From Longimicrobiales bacterium (GTDB lineage: Bacteria; Gemmatimonadota; Gemmatimonadetes; Longimicrobiales; Gaopeijiaceae), in contig OZ242008.1 in the NCBI GenBank assembly GCA_965204735.1, positions 2,848,001 to 2,912,000 on the forward strand: a stretch of DNA of 64,000 nucleotides. Direction: 5' to 3'. Positions within the stretch are counted from its first letter, which is position 1. Every line of letters starts with the position of its first letter. This document shows, piece by piece, positions 31,601 to 41,041 of the stretch. The position numbers and the translations under genes were made by a program. Under the pieces are notes generated by a model. It searched no databases. It saw only the letters and a program-made list of their open reading frames with translations, and was not told the DNA's origin.

Positions 31601-34600
31601 GGCGCCGTGAGCGTGCCGCCGTTCAGCTCCAATGCGTTCGCCGCGATGCTCAGCCCGTCCGCGTCCCGGTCGCCCGCCTGCACCACGTACGTGAAGCCGT
31701 AGCTCGGCCGCGCGCCCGGAGCGCCGAGGTACGTCGCGTGCCGCGTCGAGTCCCCCACCTGCAACGCGATCCGCGGCCGCCCGCCGACCGTGTCCACCGA
31801 AGCGCTTCGGTCGAAGTCCACCACCACCACAACTTGCTCGCCGCGCAGGTACGTGTCGCCGCTCGCCGGGGCGTTCAACCACACCCAGCGCACATGTGGA
31901 GCGCCCGTCCGACCGCCGTCCACCTTGAAGGCCGAGTCCGCCGCCACCGGCGCGTGCGACAGGTCCGCCGACACCGTGTCGTCCGGCGCCGTGATCGAAC
32001 CGCCGTTCAGCTCCAATGCGTCGGCCGCGACGCTCAGCCCGTCGGCGTCCCGGTCGCTCGCCTGCACCACGTACTTGAACACCTGTCGCGCCGGCGTATT
32101 CGTGAACTGATGCGAGTAGGTCGCGTGCCGCGTCGAGTCCCCGATCTCGAGGGCGATCCGCGGCCGGCCTCCCGTCGTGTCCACGGCAACGGCCCGGTCG
32201 AAGTGCACGCTCGCGTAGAGCACTTCGCCCCGCGTGTACGTGCTGTCCCGCGACGGAGGCGGACCGACGGCCAGCCACTGCACTTCTGCAACTCCCGCTC
32301 GGCTGCCGTCCACCTTGTGCGCCGCGCTCGTCGGCACCGTGGCGCGCGTCAGAACGGCAGCCGTCGTGTCCCCCGGCGCCGTGATCGTGCCGCCGTTCAG
32401 CTCCACCGCGTTGGACCCGATGCTCAGCCCGTCCGTGTCCGTGTCCCCAGCCCGCACCACGTAGCCAAATCTGATGTGCGCTTGCGCGCGTGAAGGGCCC
32501 AGGTACGTCGCGTACCGCGTCGAGTCCCCCACCTGCAACGCGATCCGCGGCCGTCCTCCGACCGTGTCCACCGACGCGACACGATCGAAGCCGATCGTCA
32601 CCTCGATCCGCTCGCCTCGAAGGTACGTGTCCCCCTTCACCGGAGCGTTGAACGCCGCCCATCGCACGTGCGGAGCACCCACGCGGCCGCCGTCCACCTT
32701 GTGTCCCGTCGGAAACAGCCCGATGTGCGACAGCACCGCGGGCGTAGTGTCGCCCAGCAGGGTGATCGAGCCGCCGTTCGCCGACAACCCGTTCGCCTTG
32801 ATGCTGACGCCGTCCGCGTCCCGGTCTCCTGCCTGCACGACGTAAACGAACAGCAACTCCCAAGGTCTGCCACGAGGGGGACCCCGGTACGTCGCATACC
32901 GCGTCGAATCCCCGATCTCCAGCGCGACCCGGGGCCGGCCTCCCGTCGTGTCCACCGCCACGTCCCTGTCGAAGGACACCCCCACCAAGAACGTCTCGCC
33001 TCGCGTGTACGTGTCGCCGCCCGACGGGGGCGGGCCGATGGAGGTCCGCAGCACCTTCGGCGCCTGAACGCTTTGCCCGTCCACCTTTCGTTGCGGATCG
33101 GCCGGCACCGAATCATGCGACAGGGCTGCATGGATGCTCGTGTCGGCCGCCGACCGGATCGTCGCTCCGCTCGGCAGCGACAATGCGTTCGCCGGAAAGC
33201 TGATGCCGTCTGCGTCCATGTCCGCCGCCTGCACGACGTACTCGAACGTCAGCGGCCCTCGCCCTCCGTACTCGTCGGCGACCAGCTGCCGTGTACCCGT
33301 CCCCACGTTCATCGTCAGCCGCGGCCTGCCCGTCACACGCACGTCCACGTTAAAGTAGACCGACGCCTCTATGCGCTCGTTCCACGTGTACGTGTTGCCG
33401 CTTGCCGGCGGATCGTCGGTCAACGTGACCACGGGTCGGGGAGTCGGCTTCACGCTCCCGTTCACTCTGCGGCTGCTGTCGGCCGGAAGCCCTCCATGGT
33501 CCAGCCTCGCCCGCGTCACGCCGTCCGAGTCCGCCTTCAGCATGCCGCCGTTCAGGCTCAACGCGCCCTTCGGCACCCGCACGCCGTCCGAGTCCATCGC
33601 CCCACGCCCCACCACATACGTAAATAGAAGCGCACTGCCCCCCATCCGAAGCCTCCAGCTCGACCGCACCTGCACCGTGTCCGTCCCCACTTCCAGCGAC
33701 ACCCACGCCCTATCGTCCAAAATCAACTTCTGATCAAAGCGCGCCAGTATCCGTATCCGCTCTCCGAATCCGTACACGCCCGCCGACGGCGGGACGCTCG
33801 AAGGCGGATCGTAGAACTCCAGGCTCGTGATCCGTGGCCTGCCGTCCACCTTTCTCGCCGGGTCGGCCCTGACGCCCCCGTGGGCGAGGACCGCATTGGT
33901 GGCGCTGTCGGCGTCGCTCGTGATCGTCCCGCCGTTCAGGCGCAAGGCGTTGGCCGCGATGCTCGCGCCGCCGGGAGCCAGGTCGCCTGCCTGCACTGCA
34001 TACGAGAACGTCAGCCGCGTCCGCGTCCCTGGCCGATCGGACAGCGTCGCTTGCCTGGCGCCCCCGCCGATCTTCAACGTCAAGCTTGGCGTTCCGCCCG
34101 TCGTGCTCACCAACACGCGACGGTCGAAGGCGACCCTGGCCTGGATCATCTCGCCGTAGCCGTAGGTGCCGCCACTGGCGGGCGAGTTGCTGAACGTCAC
34201 GCTGCGCACCCTCGGCGGCCGGTACTTGCTGCCGTCCACCTTGCGTGACGCGCCGCCCGCCGCCGAGTCGTGGGCAATGTTCGCGTGGGCCGAAGTATCG
34301 TTCTGCGCAGTGATCCGCGCGCCGTTCAGCTTCAAGCCGCTCGCAGGAACGCTCACGCCGTCGCCGTCGAAGTCGTCCGCCTGAACCCGGTACCGGAAGT
34401 CCAAGTAGTTCTGCCTCTTGGAGCCGAATTCGGCTCGCCGAGTCGTCGTGCCGATGGTCAGATCCAGATAGGGCTTGCCGCCCTTTGTGCTCAGCGCGAC
34501 GTGCTGCGTGAAGAACACGCGCACCCGCACCACTTCGTCCCGATAGTACGTGCTGTCGCCGTCCGCCAAGCCGCGGAAGTTGAACCGCTGCACGGTCAGC

Positions 34601-37600
34601 GCCGACGACTGGGCGCCAACCACCGCCCCGGTTGCCAAACCGCCCTCCGCATCGTCTTCTTGATGCATCGAGACCGCCGTTGCGTCCTCCGAAAGCGTTT
34701 CCCGCTCGGCGTCAAAGTCTCCAGCGTCGCCAATCGACGGCGTTTCGCTGCTTGCCGCATCCACTGCCTCCGGGTCCCCGTCGGCGTCCAGCCCGTCGGC
34801 CTCCAAGCCGCATTCGAGCAACTCGACCTGGGCCGTGAAGCTCAAGGTCGCCGAGTCCCCGTCCGCGTCCGTCGCCGTGTAGCGGTAGGTGGTGACCGGC
34901 TGCTCCCGCTCGGGCGTGCCGGCTATCGTCCGACGCCCGGCATCGAACGCCAGCCCCAGAGGCAGCGCGGGCGCCAGCCCGTACGTCAGAGGCGCGTCGC
35001 CCCCCTCGGCCGCAGGCAGCTGCACGGCCCGGATCTCGCAGGCCCGGACCCAGCGCTGCGCCGGAACCACCGCGTCGCCGAACGAAGGCGCCAGGTCTTC
35101 GCCGTCGTCGTCCACGATCGTGCCGGCGATCAGCGCCGTGGATACCGCCAGCAGCGACGAATCGGTGGCAGACAGCCGCAGAACCACGGTCTCGTCGAGT
35201 TCCTGAAGCGTGTCCCCCAGGACCATCACGTCGATCGACTTCGTCGTCTCCCCCGGCTCGAAGAAGAGGGTGTCCGGCACAACTTCCTCGTAGTCGGCGC
35301 CCGACGTGGCCGTGCCCGTGCCAGCGTCGGCGTAGTACAGCGCCAAGCCGCGGCCGCTGGGGCGGTCCAGCGCAAGCGTGAACGTCAGGCGCCGGCCCTC
35401 GCCGTTGCCCTCTTCGACCGAAGGCGAGTCGCCCGAAAGGGTCGGCGCGTCGTCGTCGTCCACGATCGTGCCCACGCCCCTTGCGCCGCCGTTCGGAAGG
35501 TCCGCGTTGACCGGGCCGGCCAGCGCCAGCACGATCGTCTCGACCGGCTCGTCCAGCGCGTCGCCCCTCACCGTCACTTCCACCGTCTGGGCCGTGTCGC
35601 CCGCGGCGAACACCACCGTGCCGGGCATCACCGCGTCGTAGTCGCCGCCGGGCGTCGCCGTGCCCGTGCCGGCGTCTGCGTACCGGACCGTCACCTGCCT
35701 GGCCGACGGCGCGCTGAGCGACACCGTGAAGGAGAGGGCGACCGCCTCTCCGGGCCCAGGTTCGCGGACCGTGGCCGAGTCGATCGACACGGTCGGCCTG
35801 GACCCGTCGTCGTCCACGATCGTGCCCGTCACCCTCCTGCTGGCCAGCTCGGCGTTCGTCGCGCCGCTCAGTGCCAGAACCACCGTCTCGTCGTCCTCGA
35901 CCTCGTCGTCACCCCGCACCGTGACGCTCACCGTCTTGAGCGTCTCGCCCGGCTCGAACGTCAGCGTATCTGCTTCGATCGCCGCGTAGTCCACGCCCGC
36001 CGTCGCCGTCCCGCTGCCCGCATCCGCGTACGCCACCGTCACACGAGACGCCGACGACGGCGCCAGCCACACCTCGAACTCCAGCGCCGCCTCGGCACCC
36101 GCGCCGCCCTCGACCGCGCTCGTCCCGCCCGCAGCCAGCGTCGGCCCCTGCGGCCGGTACCGGCTGCCGTCCACCTTCCGCGACGGTCCACCCTCCGCCG
36201 CGCCATGCGCCACGTCCGCCTCGACCGTGCCGTCCTGCGTCGTGACCCGCCCCCCGTTCAGCTTCAGCCCGTTCGCCGGAACGCCCACGCCGTCGCCGTC
36301 GAAGTCGTCCGCCTGCACACGATACTCGAACTGCAGCCGCCGGTTGTCCGGCGAAGCGACGAGCCCGGCCCGCCGAGTCGCCGCGCCCACCGTCAGCTCG
36401 ACGTACGGCCTGCCTCCCGCCACGTCCGCCGCGATCGGCTGCGTGAACACCACGCGCACACGCACCGCCTCGCCCAGGTAGTACGTGCTGTCGCCCTCCG
36501 CCAAGCCGACGAAGAGGACCCGCTGCACCGACGGCGCCGGCGGAGGCGGAGGAGGCGCCTCGTCGTCGTCCACGATCGTCCCCGTCGCCGTCGCCGTCGC
36601 CAGCTCGGCGCCGCTCGCGCCGCTCAGCGCCAGAACCACCGTCTCGTCGTCCTCGACCTCGTCGTCGCCCCGCACCGTCACGCTCACCGTCTGCACCGTG
36701 TCGCCCGGCTCGAACGTCAGCGCGCCCGCCTCGATCTCCGCGTAGTCCACCCCCGCCGTCGCCGTCCCGCTCCCCGCGTCCGCGTACCCCACCGTCACGC
36801 GGTCCGCCGACGCCGGCGCCAGCCGCACCTCGAACTCGAGCGCCGTCTCGGCGCCCGCGCCGCCCTCGACCACGCTCGTCCCGCCCGCAGCCAGCGTCGG
36901 CCCCTGCGGCCGGTACCGGCTGCCGTCCACCTTCCGCGACGGTCCACCCTCCGCCGCGCCGTGGGCCACGTCCGCCTCGACCGTGCCGTCCTGCGTCGTG
37001 ACCCGCCCCCCGTTCAGCTTCAGCCCGTTCGCCGGAACGCCCACGCCGTCGCCGTCGAAGTCGTCCGCCTGCACACGATACTCGAACTGCAGCCGCCGGT
37101 TGTCCGGCGAAGCGACGAGCCCGGCCCGCCGAGTCGCCGCGCCCACCGTCAGCTCGACGTACGGCCTGCCTCCCGCCACGTCCGCCGCGATCGGCTGCGT
37201 GAACACCACGCGCACACGCACCGCCTCGCCCAGGTAGTACGTGCTGTCGCCCTCCGCCAAGCCGACGAAGAGGACCCGCTGCACCGACGGCGCCGGCGGA
37301 GGCGGAGGAGGCGCCTCGTCGTCGTCCACGATCGTCCCCGTCGCCGTCGCCGTCGCCAGCTCGGCGCCGCTCGCGCCGCTCAGCGCCAGAACCACCGTCT
37401 CGTCGTCCTCGACCTCGTCGTCGCCCCGCACCGTCACGCTCACCGTCTGCACCGTGTCGCCCGGCTCGAACGTCAGCGTGCCCGCCTCGATCTCCGCGTA
37501 GTCCACCCCCGCCGTCGCCGTCCCGCTCCCCGCGTCCGCGTACCCCACCGTCACGCGGTCCGCCGACGCCGGCGCCAGCCGCACCTCGAACTCGAGCGCC

Positions 37601-39714
37601 GTCTCGGCGCCCGCGCCGCCCTCGACCACGCTCGTCCCGCCCGCAGCCAGCGTCGGCCCCTGCGGCCGATACCGGCTGCCGTCCACCTTCCGCGACGGTC
37701 CACCCTCCGCCGCGCCGTGCGCCACGTCCGCCTCGACCGTGCCGTCCTGCGTCGTGACCCGCCCCCCGTTCAGCTTCAGCCCGTTCGCCGGAACGCCCAC
37801 GCCGTCGCCGTCGAAGTCGTCCGCCTGCACACGATACTCGAACTGCAGCCGCCGGTTGTCCGGCGAAGCGACGAGCCCGGCCCGCCGAGTCGTCGCGCCC
37901 ACCGTCAGCTCGACGTACGGCCTGCCTCCCGCCACGTCCGCCGCGATCGGCTGCGTGAACACCACGCGCACACGCACCGCCTCGCCCAGGTAGTACGTGC
38001 TGTCGCCCTCCGCCAAGCCGACGAAGAGGACCCGCTGCACCGACGGCGCCGGCGGAGGCGGAGGAGGCGCCTCGTCGTCGTCCACGATCGTCCCCGTCGC
38101 CGTCGCCGTCGCCGTCGCCAGCTCGGCGCCGCTCGCGCCGCTCAGCGCCAGAACCACCGTCTCGTCGTCCTCGACCTCGTCGTCGCCCCGCACCGTCACG
38201 CTCACCCTCTGCACCGTGTCGCCCGGCTCGAACGTCAGCGCGCCCGCCTCGATCTCCGCGTAGTCCACCCCCGCCGTCGCCGTCCCGCTCCCCGCGTCCG
38301 CGTACCCCACCGTCACGCGGTCCGCCGACGCCGGCGCCAGCCGCACCTCGAACTCGAGCGCCGTCTCGGCGCCCGCGCCGCCCTCGACCACGCTCGTCCC
38401 GCCCGCAGCCAGCGTCGGCCCCTGCGGCCGATACCGGCTGCCGTCCACCTTCCGCGACGGTCCCCCCTCCGCCGCGCCGTGGGCCACGTCCGCCTCGACC
38501 GTGCCGTCCTGCGTCGTGACCCGCCCCCCGTTCAGCTTCAGCCCGTTCGCCGGAACGCCCACGCCGTCGCCGTCGAAGTCGTCCGCCTGCACACGGTACT
38601 CGAACTGCAGCCGCCGGTTGTCCGGCGAAGCGACGAGCCCGGCCCGCCGAGTCGTCGCGCCCACCGTCAGCTCGACGTACGGCCTGCCTCCCGCCACGTC
38701 CGCCGCGATCGGCTGCGTGAACACCACGCGCACACGCACCGCCTCGCCCAGGTAGTACGTGCTGTCGCCCTCCGCCAAGCCGACGAAGAGGACCCGCTGC
38801 ACCGACGGCGCCGGCGGAGGCGGAGGAGGCGCCTCGTCGTCGTCCACGATCGTCCCCGTCGCCGTCGCCGTCGCCAGCTCGGCGCCGCTCGCGCCGCTCA
38901 GCGCCAGAACCACCGTCTCGTCGTCCTCGACCTCGTCGTCGCCCCGCACCGTCACGCTCACCCTCTGCACCGTGTCGCCCGGCTCGAACGTCAGCGCGCC
39001 CGCCTCGATCTCCGCGTAGTCCACCCCCGCCGTCGCCGTCCCGCTCCCCGCGTCCGCGTACCCCACCGTCACGCGGTCCGCCGACGCCGGCGCCAGCCGC
39101 ACCTCGAACTCGAGCGCCGTCTCGGCGCCCGCGCCGCCCTCGACCACGCTCGTCCCGCCCGCAGCCAGCGTCGGCCCCCGCGGCCGGTACCGGCTGCCGT
39201 CCACCTTCCGCGACGGCCCCCCCTCCGCCGCGCCGTGCGCCACGTCCGCCGCAACCGTGCCGTCCTGCGTCGTGACGCGCCCCCCGTTCAGCTTCAGCCC
39301 GTTCGCCGGAACGCCCACGCCGTCGCCGTCGAAGTCGTCCGCCTGCACACGGTACTCGAACTGCAGCCGCCGGTTCGCCGGCGAAGCGACGAGCTCGGCG
39401 CGCCGAGTCGTCGCGCCCACCGTCAGCTCGACGTACGGCCTGCCTCCCGCCACGTCCGCCGCGATCGGCTGCGTGAACACCACGCGCACACGCACCGCCT
39501 CGCCCAGGTAGTACGTGCTGTCGCCCTCCGCCAAGCCGACGAAGAGAATCCGTTGCACGCCGGGCGTCTGGGCTTCGGCTCCCGACGGCGCCGCACCGAT
39601 CAACGCCGGCAAGAAGGCTGTGACGAGAGCGAGACGAATCCACGCCGTGCTAAGGCGTCTAGGGCCACAAGCGTCCGGGTAGGCCGCTGTGGCCGCTGTG
39701 GCCGTTCCGTTCAC
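28696..39714 (-). CDS. Giant (3672 aa) repeat-rich surface adhesin: Calx-beta and Ig-like domains with C-terminal autotransporter-type beta-barrel
   Basis: Signal peptide (AEA-Q); 7 Calx-beta repeats (GTATAGVDY..LTF.PG....VSV.V.GD..E.DET); He_PIG-like and DPDGD cadherin-like modules; barrel with LGADY, YPY, penultimate F. Confidence 0.9.
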   Translation of the reverse strand: MNGTATAATAAYPDACGPRRLSTAWIRLALVTAFLPALIGAAPSGAEAQTPGVQRILFVGLAEGDSTYYLGEAVRVRVVFTQPIAADVAGGRPYVELTVGATTRRAELVASPANRRLQFEYRVQADDFDGDGVGVPANGLKLNGGRVTTQDGTVAADVAHGAAEGGPSRKVDGSRYRPRGPTLAAGGTSVVEGGAGAETALEFEVRLAPASADRVTVGYADAGSGTATAGVDYAEIEAGALTFEPGDTVQRVSVTVRGDDEVEDDETVVLALSGASGAELATATATGTIVDDDEAPPPPPPAPSVQRVLFVGLAEGDSTYYLGEAVRVRVVFTQPIAADVAGGRPYVELTVGATTRRAGLVASPDNRRLQFEYRVQADDFDGDGVGVPANGLKLNGGRVTTQDGTVEADVAHGAAEGGPSRKVDGSRYRPQGPTLAAGGTSVVEGGAGAETALEFEVRLAPASADRVTVGYADAGSGTATAGVDYAEIEAGALTFEPGDTVQRVSVTVRGDDEVEDDETVVLALSGASGAELATATATATGTIVDDDEAPPPPPPAPSVQRVLFVGLAEGDSTYYLGEAVRVRVVFTQPIAADVAGGRPYVELTVGATTRRAGLVASPDNRRLQFEYRVQADDFDGDGVGVPANGLKLNGGRVTTQDGTVEADVAHGAAEGGPSRKVDGSRYRPQGPTLAAGGTSVVEGGAGAETALEFEVRLAPASADRVTVGYADAGSGTATAGVDYAEIEAGTLTFEPGDTVQTVSVTVRGDDEVEDDETVVLALSGASGAELATATATGTIVDDDEAPPPPPPAPSVQRVLFVGLAEGDSTYYLGEAVRVRVVFTQPIAADVAGGRPYVELTVGAATRRAGLVASPDNRRLQFEYRVQADDFDGDGVGVPANGLKLNGGRVTTQDGTVEADVAHGAAEGGPSRKVDGSRYRPQGPTLAAGGTSVVEGGAGAETALEFEVRLAPASADRVTVGYADAGSGTATAGVDYAEIEAGALTFEPGDTVQTVSVTVRGDDEVEDDETVVLALSGASGAELATATATGTIVDDDEAPPPPPPAPSVQRVLFVGLAEGDSTYYLGEAVRVRVVFTQPIAADVAGGRPYVELTVGAATRRAGLVASPDNRRLQFEYRVQADDFDGDGVGVPANGLKLNGGRVTTQDGTVEADVAHGAAEGGPSRKVDGSRYRPQGPTLAAGGTSAVEGGAGAEAALEFEVWLAPSSASRVTVAYADAGSGTATAGVDYAAIEADTLTFEPGETLKTVSVTVRGDDEVEDDETVVLALSGATNAELASRRVTGTIVDDDGSRPTVSIDSATVREPGPGEAVALSFTVSLSAPSARQVTVRYADAGTGTATPGGDYDAVMPGTVVFAAGDTAQTVEVTVRGDALDEPVETIVLALAGPVNADLPNGGARGVGTIVDDDDAPTLSGDSPSVEEGNGEGRRLTFTLALDRPSGRGLALYYADAGTGTATSGADYEEVVPDTLFFEPGETTKSIDVMVLGDTLQELDETVVLRLSATDSSLLAVSTALIAGTIVDDDGEDLAPSFGDAVVPAQRWVRACEIRAVQLPAAEGGDAPLTYGLAPALPLGLAFDAGRRTIAGTPEREQPVTTYRYTATDADGDSATLSFTAQVELLECGLEADGLDADGDPEAVDAASSETPSIGDAGDFDAERETLSEDATAVSMHQEDDAEGGLATGAVVGAQSSALTVQRFNFRGLADGDSTYYRDEVVRVRVFFTQHVALSTKGGKPYLDLTIGTTTRRAEFGSKRQNYLDFRYRVQADDFDGDGVSVPASGLKLNGARITAQNDTSAHANIAHDSAAGGASRKVDGSKYRPPRVRSVTFSNSPASGGTYGYGEMIQARVAFDRRVLVSTTGGTPSLTLKIGGGARQATLSDRPGTRTRLTFSYAVQAGDLAPGGASIAANALRLNGGTITSDADSATNAVLAHGGVRADPARKVDGRPRITSLEFYDPPSSVPPSAGVYGFGERIRILARFDQKLILDDRAWVSLEVGTDTVQVRSSWRLRMGGSALLFTYVVGRGAMDSDGVRVPKGALSLNGGMLKADSDGVTRARLDHGGLPADSSRRVNGSVKPTPRPVVTLTDDPPASGNTYTWNERIEASVYFNVDVRVTGRPRLTMNVGTGTRQLVADEYGGRGPLTFEYVVQAADMDADGISFPANALSLPSGATIRSAADTSIHAALSHDSVPADPQRKVDGQSVQAPKVLRTSIGPPPSGGDTYTRGETFLVGVSFDRDVAVDTTGGRPRVALEIGDSTRYATYRGPPRGRPWELLFVYVVQAGDRDADGVSIKANGLSANGGSITLLGDTTPAVLSHIGLFPTGHKVDGGRVGAPHVRWAAFNAPVKGDTYLRGERIEVTIGFDRVASVDTVGGRPRIALQVGDSTRYATYLGPSRAQAHIRFGYVVRAGDTDTDGLSIGSNAVELNGGTITAPGDTTAAVLTRATVPTSAAHKVDGSRAGVAEVQWLAVGPPPSRDSTYTRGEVLYASVHFDRAVAVDTTGGRPRIALEIGDSTRHATYSHQFTNTPARQVFKYVVQASDRDADGLSVAADALELNGGSITAPDDTVSADLSHAPVAADSAFKVDGGRTGAPHVRWVWLNAPASGDTYLRGEQVVVVVDFDRSASVDTVGGRPRIALQVGDSTRHATYLGAPGARPSYGFTYVVQAGDRDADGLSIAANALELNGGTLTAPGDTAAAVLTHDSVPTSAAHKVDGSRARAAKVQWLAVGPPPSRDSTYTRGEVLYASVHFDRAVAVDTTGGRPRIALEIGDSTRHATYSHQFTNTPARQVFKYVVQASDRDADGLSVAADALELNGGSITAPDDTVSADLSHAPVAADSAFKVDGGRTGAPHVRWVWLNAPASGDTYLRGEQVVVVVDFDRSASVDTVGGRPRIALQVGDSTRHATYLGAPGARPSYGFTYVVQAGDRDADGLSIAANALELNGSTLTAPGDTAAAVLTHDSVPTSAAHKVDGSRAAGDVAAEENRAPEVVSEIAPKTMEVASPPAVVDLSAHFRDPDGDELRYFAASATPRSVRVDEEGGVLTIHAAAVGQSTVTVRAVDPEGAEAEQSFLVTVEASRADRARILKRSLAAFGRSVGTETVEAIGGRLGAADDPTAMGAMGAAHLQVGGRSLSCVGAAERCDLQELARQAAGLLGVRPSHGAGSLASALRAAAKGGHDAGALRGLADAFGRSAQIGAAGSFGAQGGLGTTGSLGGQGGFGATGGRASGLGATGGRGDRPRWGRLVAMDPVTRDELLTRSSFRFSPGAGAAGGAQAAPGGWTFWGRASAGGFEGRPEDDLALDGTVRSAYLGADYRFGAGPLVGLALSRTTSLIGFESGINGTGTVDARLTSLYPYAQWSPRAGLSVWGLVGAGRGTAALSEDATRRRYETGMGMAMTAAGVRQRLTGVLAVKADAFEVRTDADEAEGLAGVVANVRRLRVASEVVGRWGLSGGSSIASQVEVGARFDGGDAETGAGAEAGAGIGYVHEGIGLSVDARGRALVAHQASSFREWGASVAVRLRPSGEAGGLSFTLEPSWGNAASGVATLWREGAAAGAPGVPLGGSLSPAQAGGVPLASERASASRLHMEVDYAIVLADGGRMAPFGRWAVEGGSGRRLNVGVRLSVLEAATLNLFGEEVSGGAEPADRRLGLQGALRFR
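30749..32296 (-). repeat. Two near-identical 774-bp tandem units inside the adhesin gene
   Basis: Identical shadow ORFs at 31016 and 31790 (offset 774); boundaries approximate. Confidence 0.9.
35807..39560 (-). repeat. Five near-identical 756/762-bp tandem units inside the adhesin gene
   Basis: Recurrent shadow ORFs at 36227, 36983, 37739, 38501, 39257 (offsets 756, 756, 762, 756); boundaries approximate. Confidence 0.93.
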
Positions 39715-39895
39715 CGAGGTCCCTCCCGTGCAGCCGCTCCTATCGCTTTCAACTTACGACCGGCGGAAAATGCGGGCAACCAGACATTACTGGTCTCGTC
39801 CAGAGAGTATTCTCCCAGGCGGTCGAATGGAGTAACGTTTTCGTCCCACCAGGTCACCCCGAGAAGGCCCCTCACCCCGCGAAGGCCCCCAACGA

Positions 39896-41041
39896 ATGCC
39901 AGGACTTCTTCCAAATGTGGACCCCGACGGGCTCCTCGAGTACTCCGTCGTCTTCACCGACCGCTCGCTGAACCACATGTCGGCCGCGTTCAGGCAGGTG
40001 ATGAAGGACATCTCCGCGACTCTCAAGTCCGTCTACGGGGCGCACGCCGCGGCCGTCGTGCCCGGCGGCGGCACCTACGCCATGGAAGCGGTCGCGCGCC
40101 AGTTCGCAGCCGAGCGGCGCTGCGTCGTGCTCCGCAATGGCTGGTTCAGCTATCGCTGGACCCAGATCCTGGACACCGGCGACATCCCCTCCGGCGCCAC
40201 CGTCCTCCAGGCGCGACGCGCCGACGACAGCGCGCAACCCGCGTTCGCGCCTCCGCCGATCGAGGAAGTGGTCCGGGCCATCGAGTCGGAGCGGCCCGCG
40301 GTCGTGTTCGCGCCTCACGTCGAGACGTCCTCGGGCATCGTCCTGCCCGACGACTACATGGCCGCCGTGGCCGACGCCGCCCGCTCCGTCGGCGCGCTGT
40401 TCGTCCTCGACGGCATCGCCTCGGGCGCGATCTGGGTGGACATGGCCCGCGTGGGAGTCGACGTGCTGATCAGCGCACCGCAGAAGGGGTGGAGCGGGTC
40501 GCCGTGCGCCGGACTGGTCATGCTGGGGCCGGCCGCGATGGAGCAGATCGGGTCCACCACGAACAGCAGCTTCTCGTGCGACTTGGCAATGTGGCTGCGG
40601 GTCATGGAAGCATACGAGAACGACGGCCACACCTACCACTGCACCATGCCCACCGACGCCCTCAAGATGCTTCGGGACGCCATGGACGAGACTCGGGCGA
40701 TGGGATTCGACACGGCCCGGGCGCGCCAGCAGGAGCTGGGGGGCCGGGTCCGGACGCTGCTGGCGGGCCGGGGGTTCAAGAGCGTGGCCGCCGACGGCTT
40801 CGGAGCGCCGGGGGTCGTGGTGAGCCACACCCGCGACAAGGGCGTCCACGACGGCAGCAAGTTCGCGGCGGCCGGCCTTCAGATCGCTGCAGGGGTTCCC
40901 TTGCGATGCGGCGAGCCGATCGGCTTCCGCACCTTCCGGCTGGGGCTCTTCGGGCTGGACAAGCTCAAGGACGTGGACCGGACCGTGCGGACGCTGGAAG
41001 GGGCGCTGGACCGGCTCGGAGCCGAAGGGGCGGCGCAATGA
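39896..41041 (+). CDS. Class V aminotransferase (alanine/serine-glyoxylate aminotransferase-like)
   Basis: LLEYSVV.TDRSLNHMS, PHVETSSG, VLD.IASG, ISAPQKGWS. Confidence 0.9.
   Translation: MPGLLPNVDPDGLLEYSVVFTDRSLNHMSAAFRQVMKDISATLKSVYGAHAAAVVPGGGTYAMEAVARQFAAERRCVVLRNGWFSYRWTQILDTGDIPSGATVLQARRADDSAQPAFAPPPIEEVVRAIESERPAVVFAPHVETSSGIVLPDDYMAAVADAARSVGALFVLDGIASGAIWVDMARVGVDVLISAPQKGWSGSPCAGLVMLGPAAMEQIGSTTNSSFSCDLAMWLRVMEAYENDGHTYHCTMPTDALKMLRDAMDETRAMGFDTARARQQELGGRVRTLLAGRGFKSVAADGFGAPGVVVSHTRDKGVHDGSKFAAAGLQIAAGVPLRCGEPIGFRTFRLGLFGLDKLKDVDRTVRTLEGALDRLGAEGAAQ

Noticed and set aside
30749..39560. Diversity-generating retroelement TR/VR pair among the adhesin repeats
   Set aside because: No reverse transcriptase in the window, and the differences I checked are not adenine-specific
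34270..41037. 2415-aa plus-strand ORF (also 28915..32493, 35909..39643, 6983..9796, 48014..51421 and similar)
   Set aside because: Arg/Pro-rich shadow frames of real GC-rich genes; only the last 159 codons (DUF3224) of the 2415-aa ORF are real
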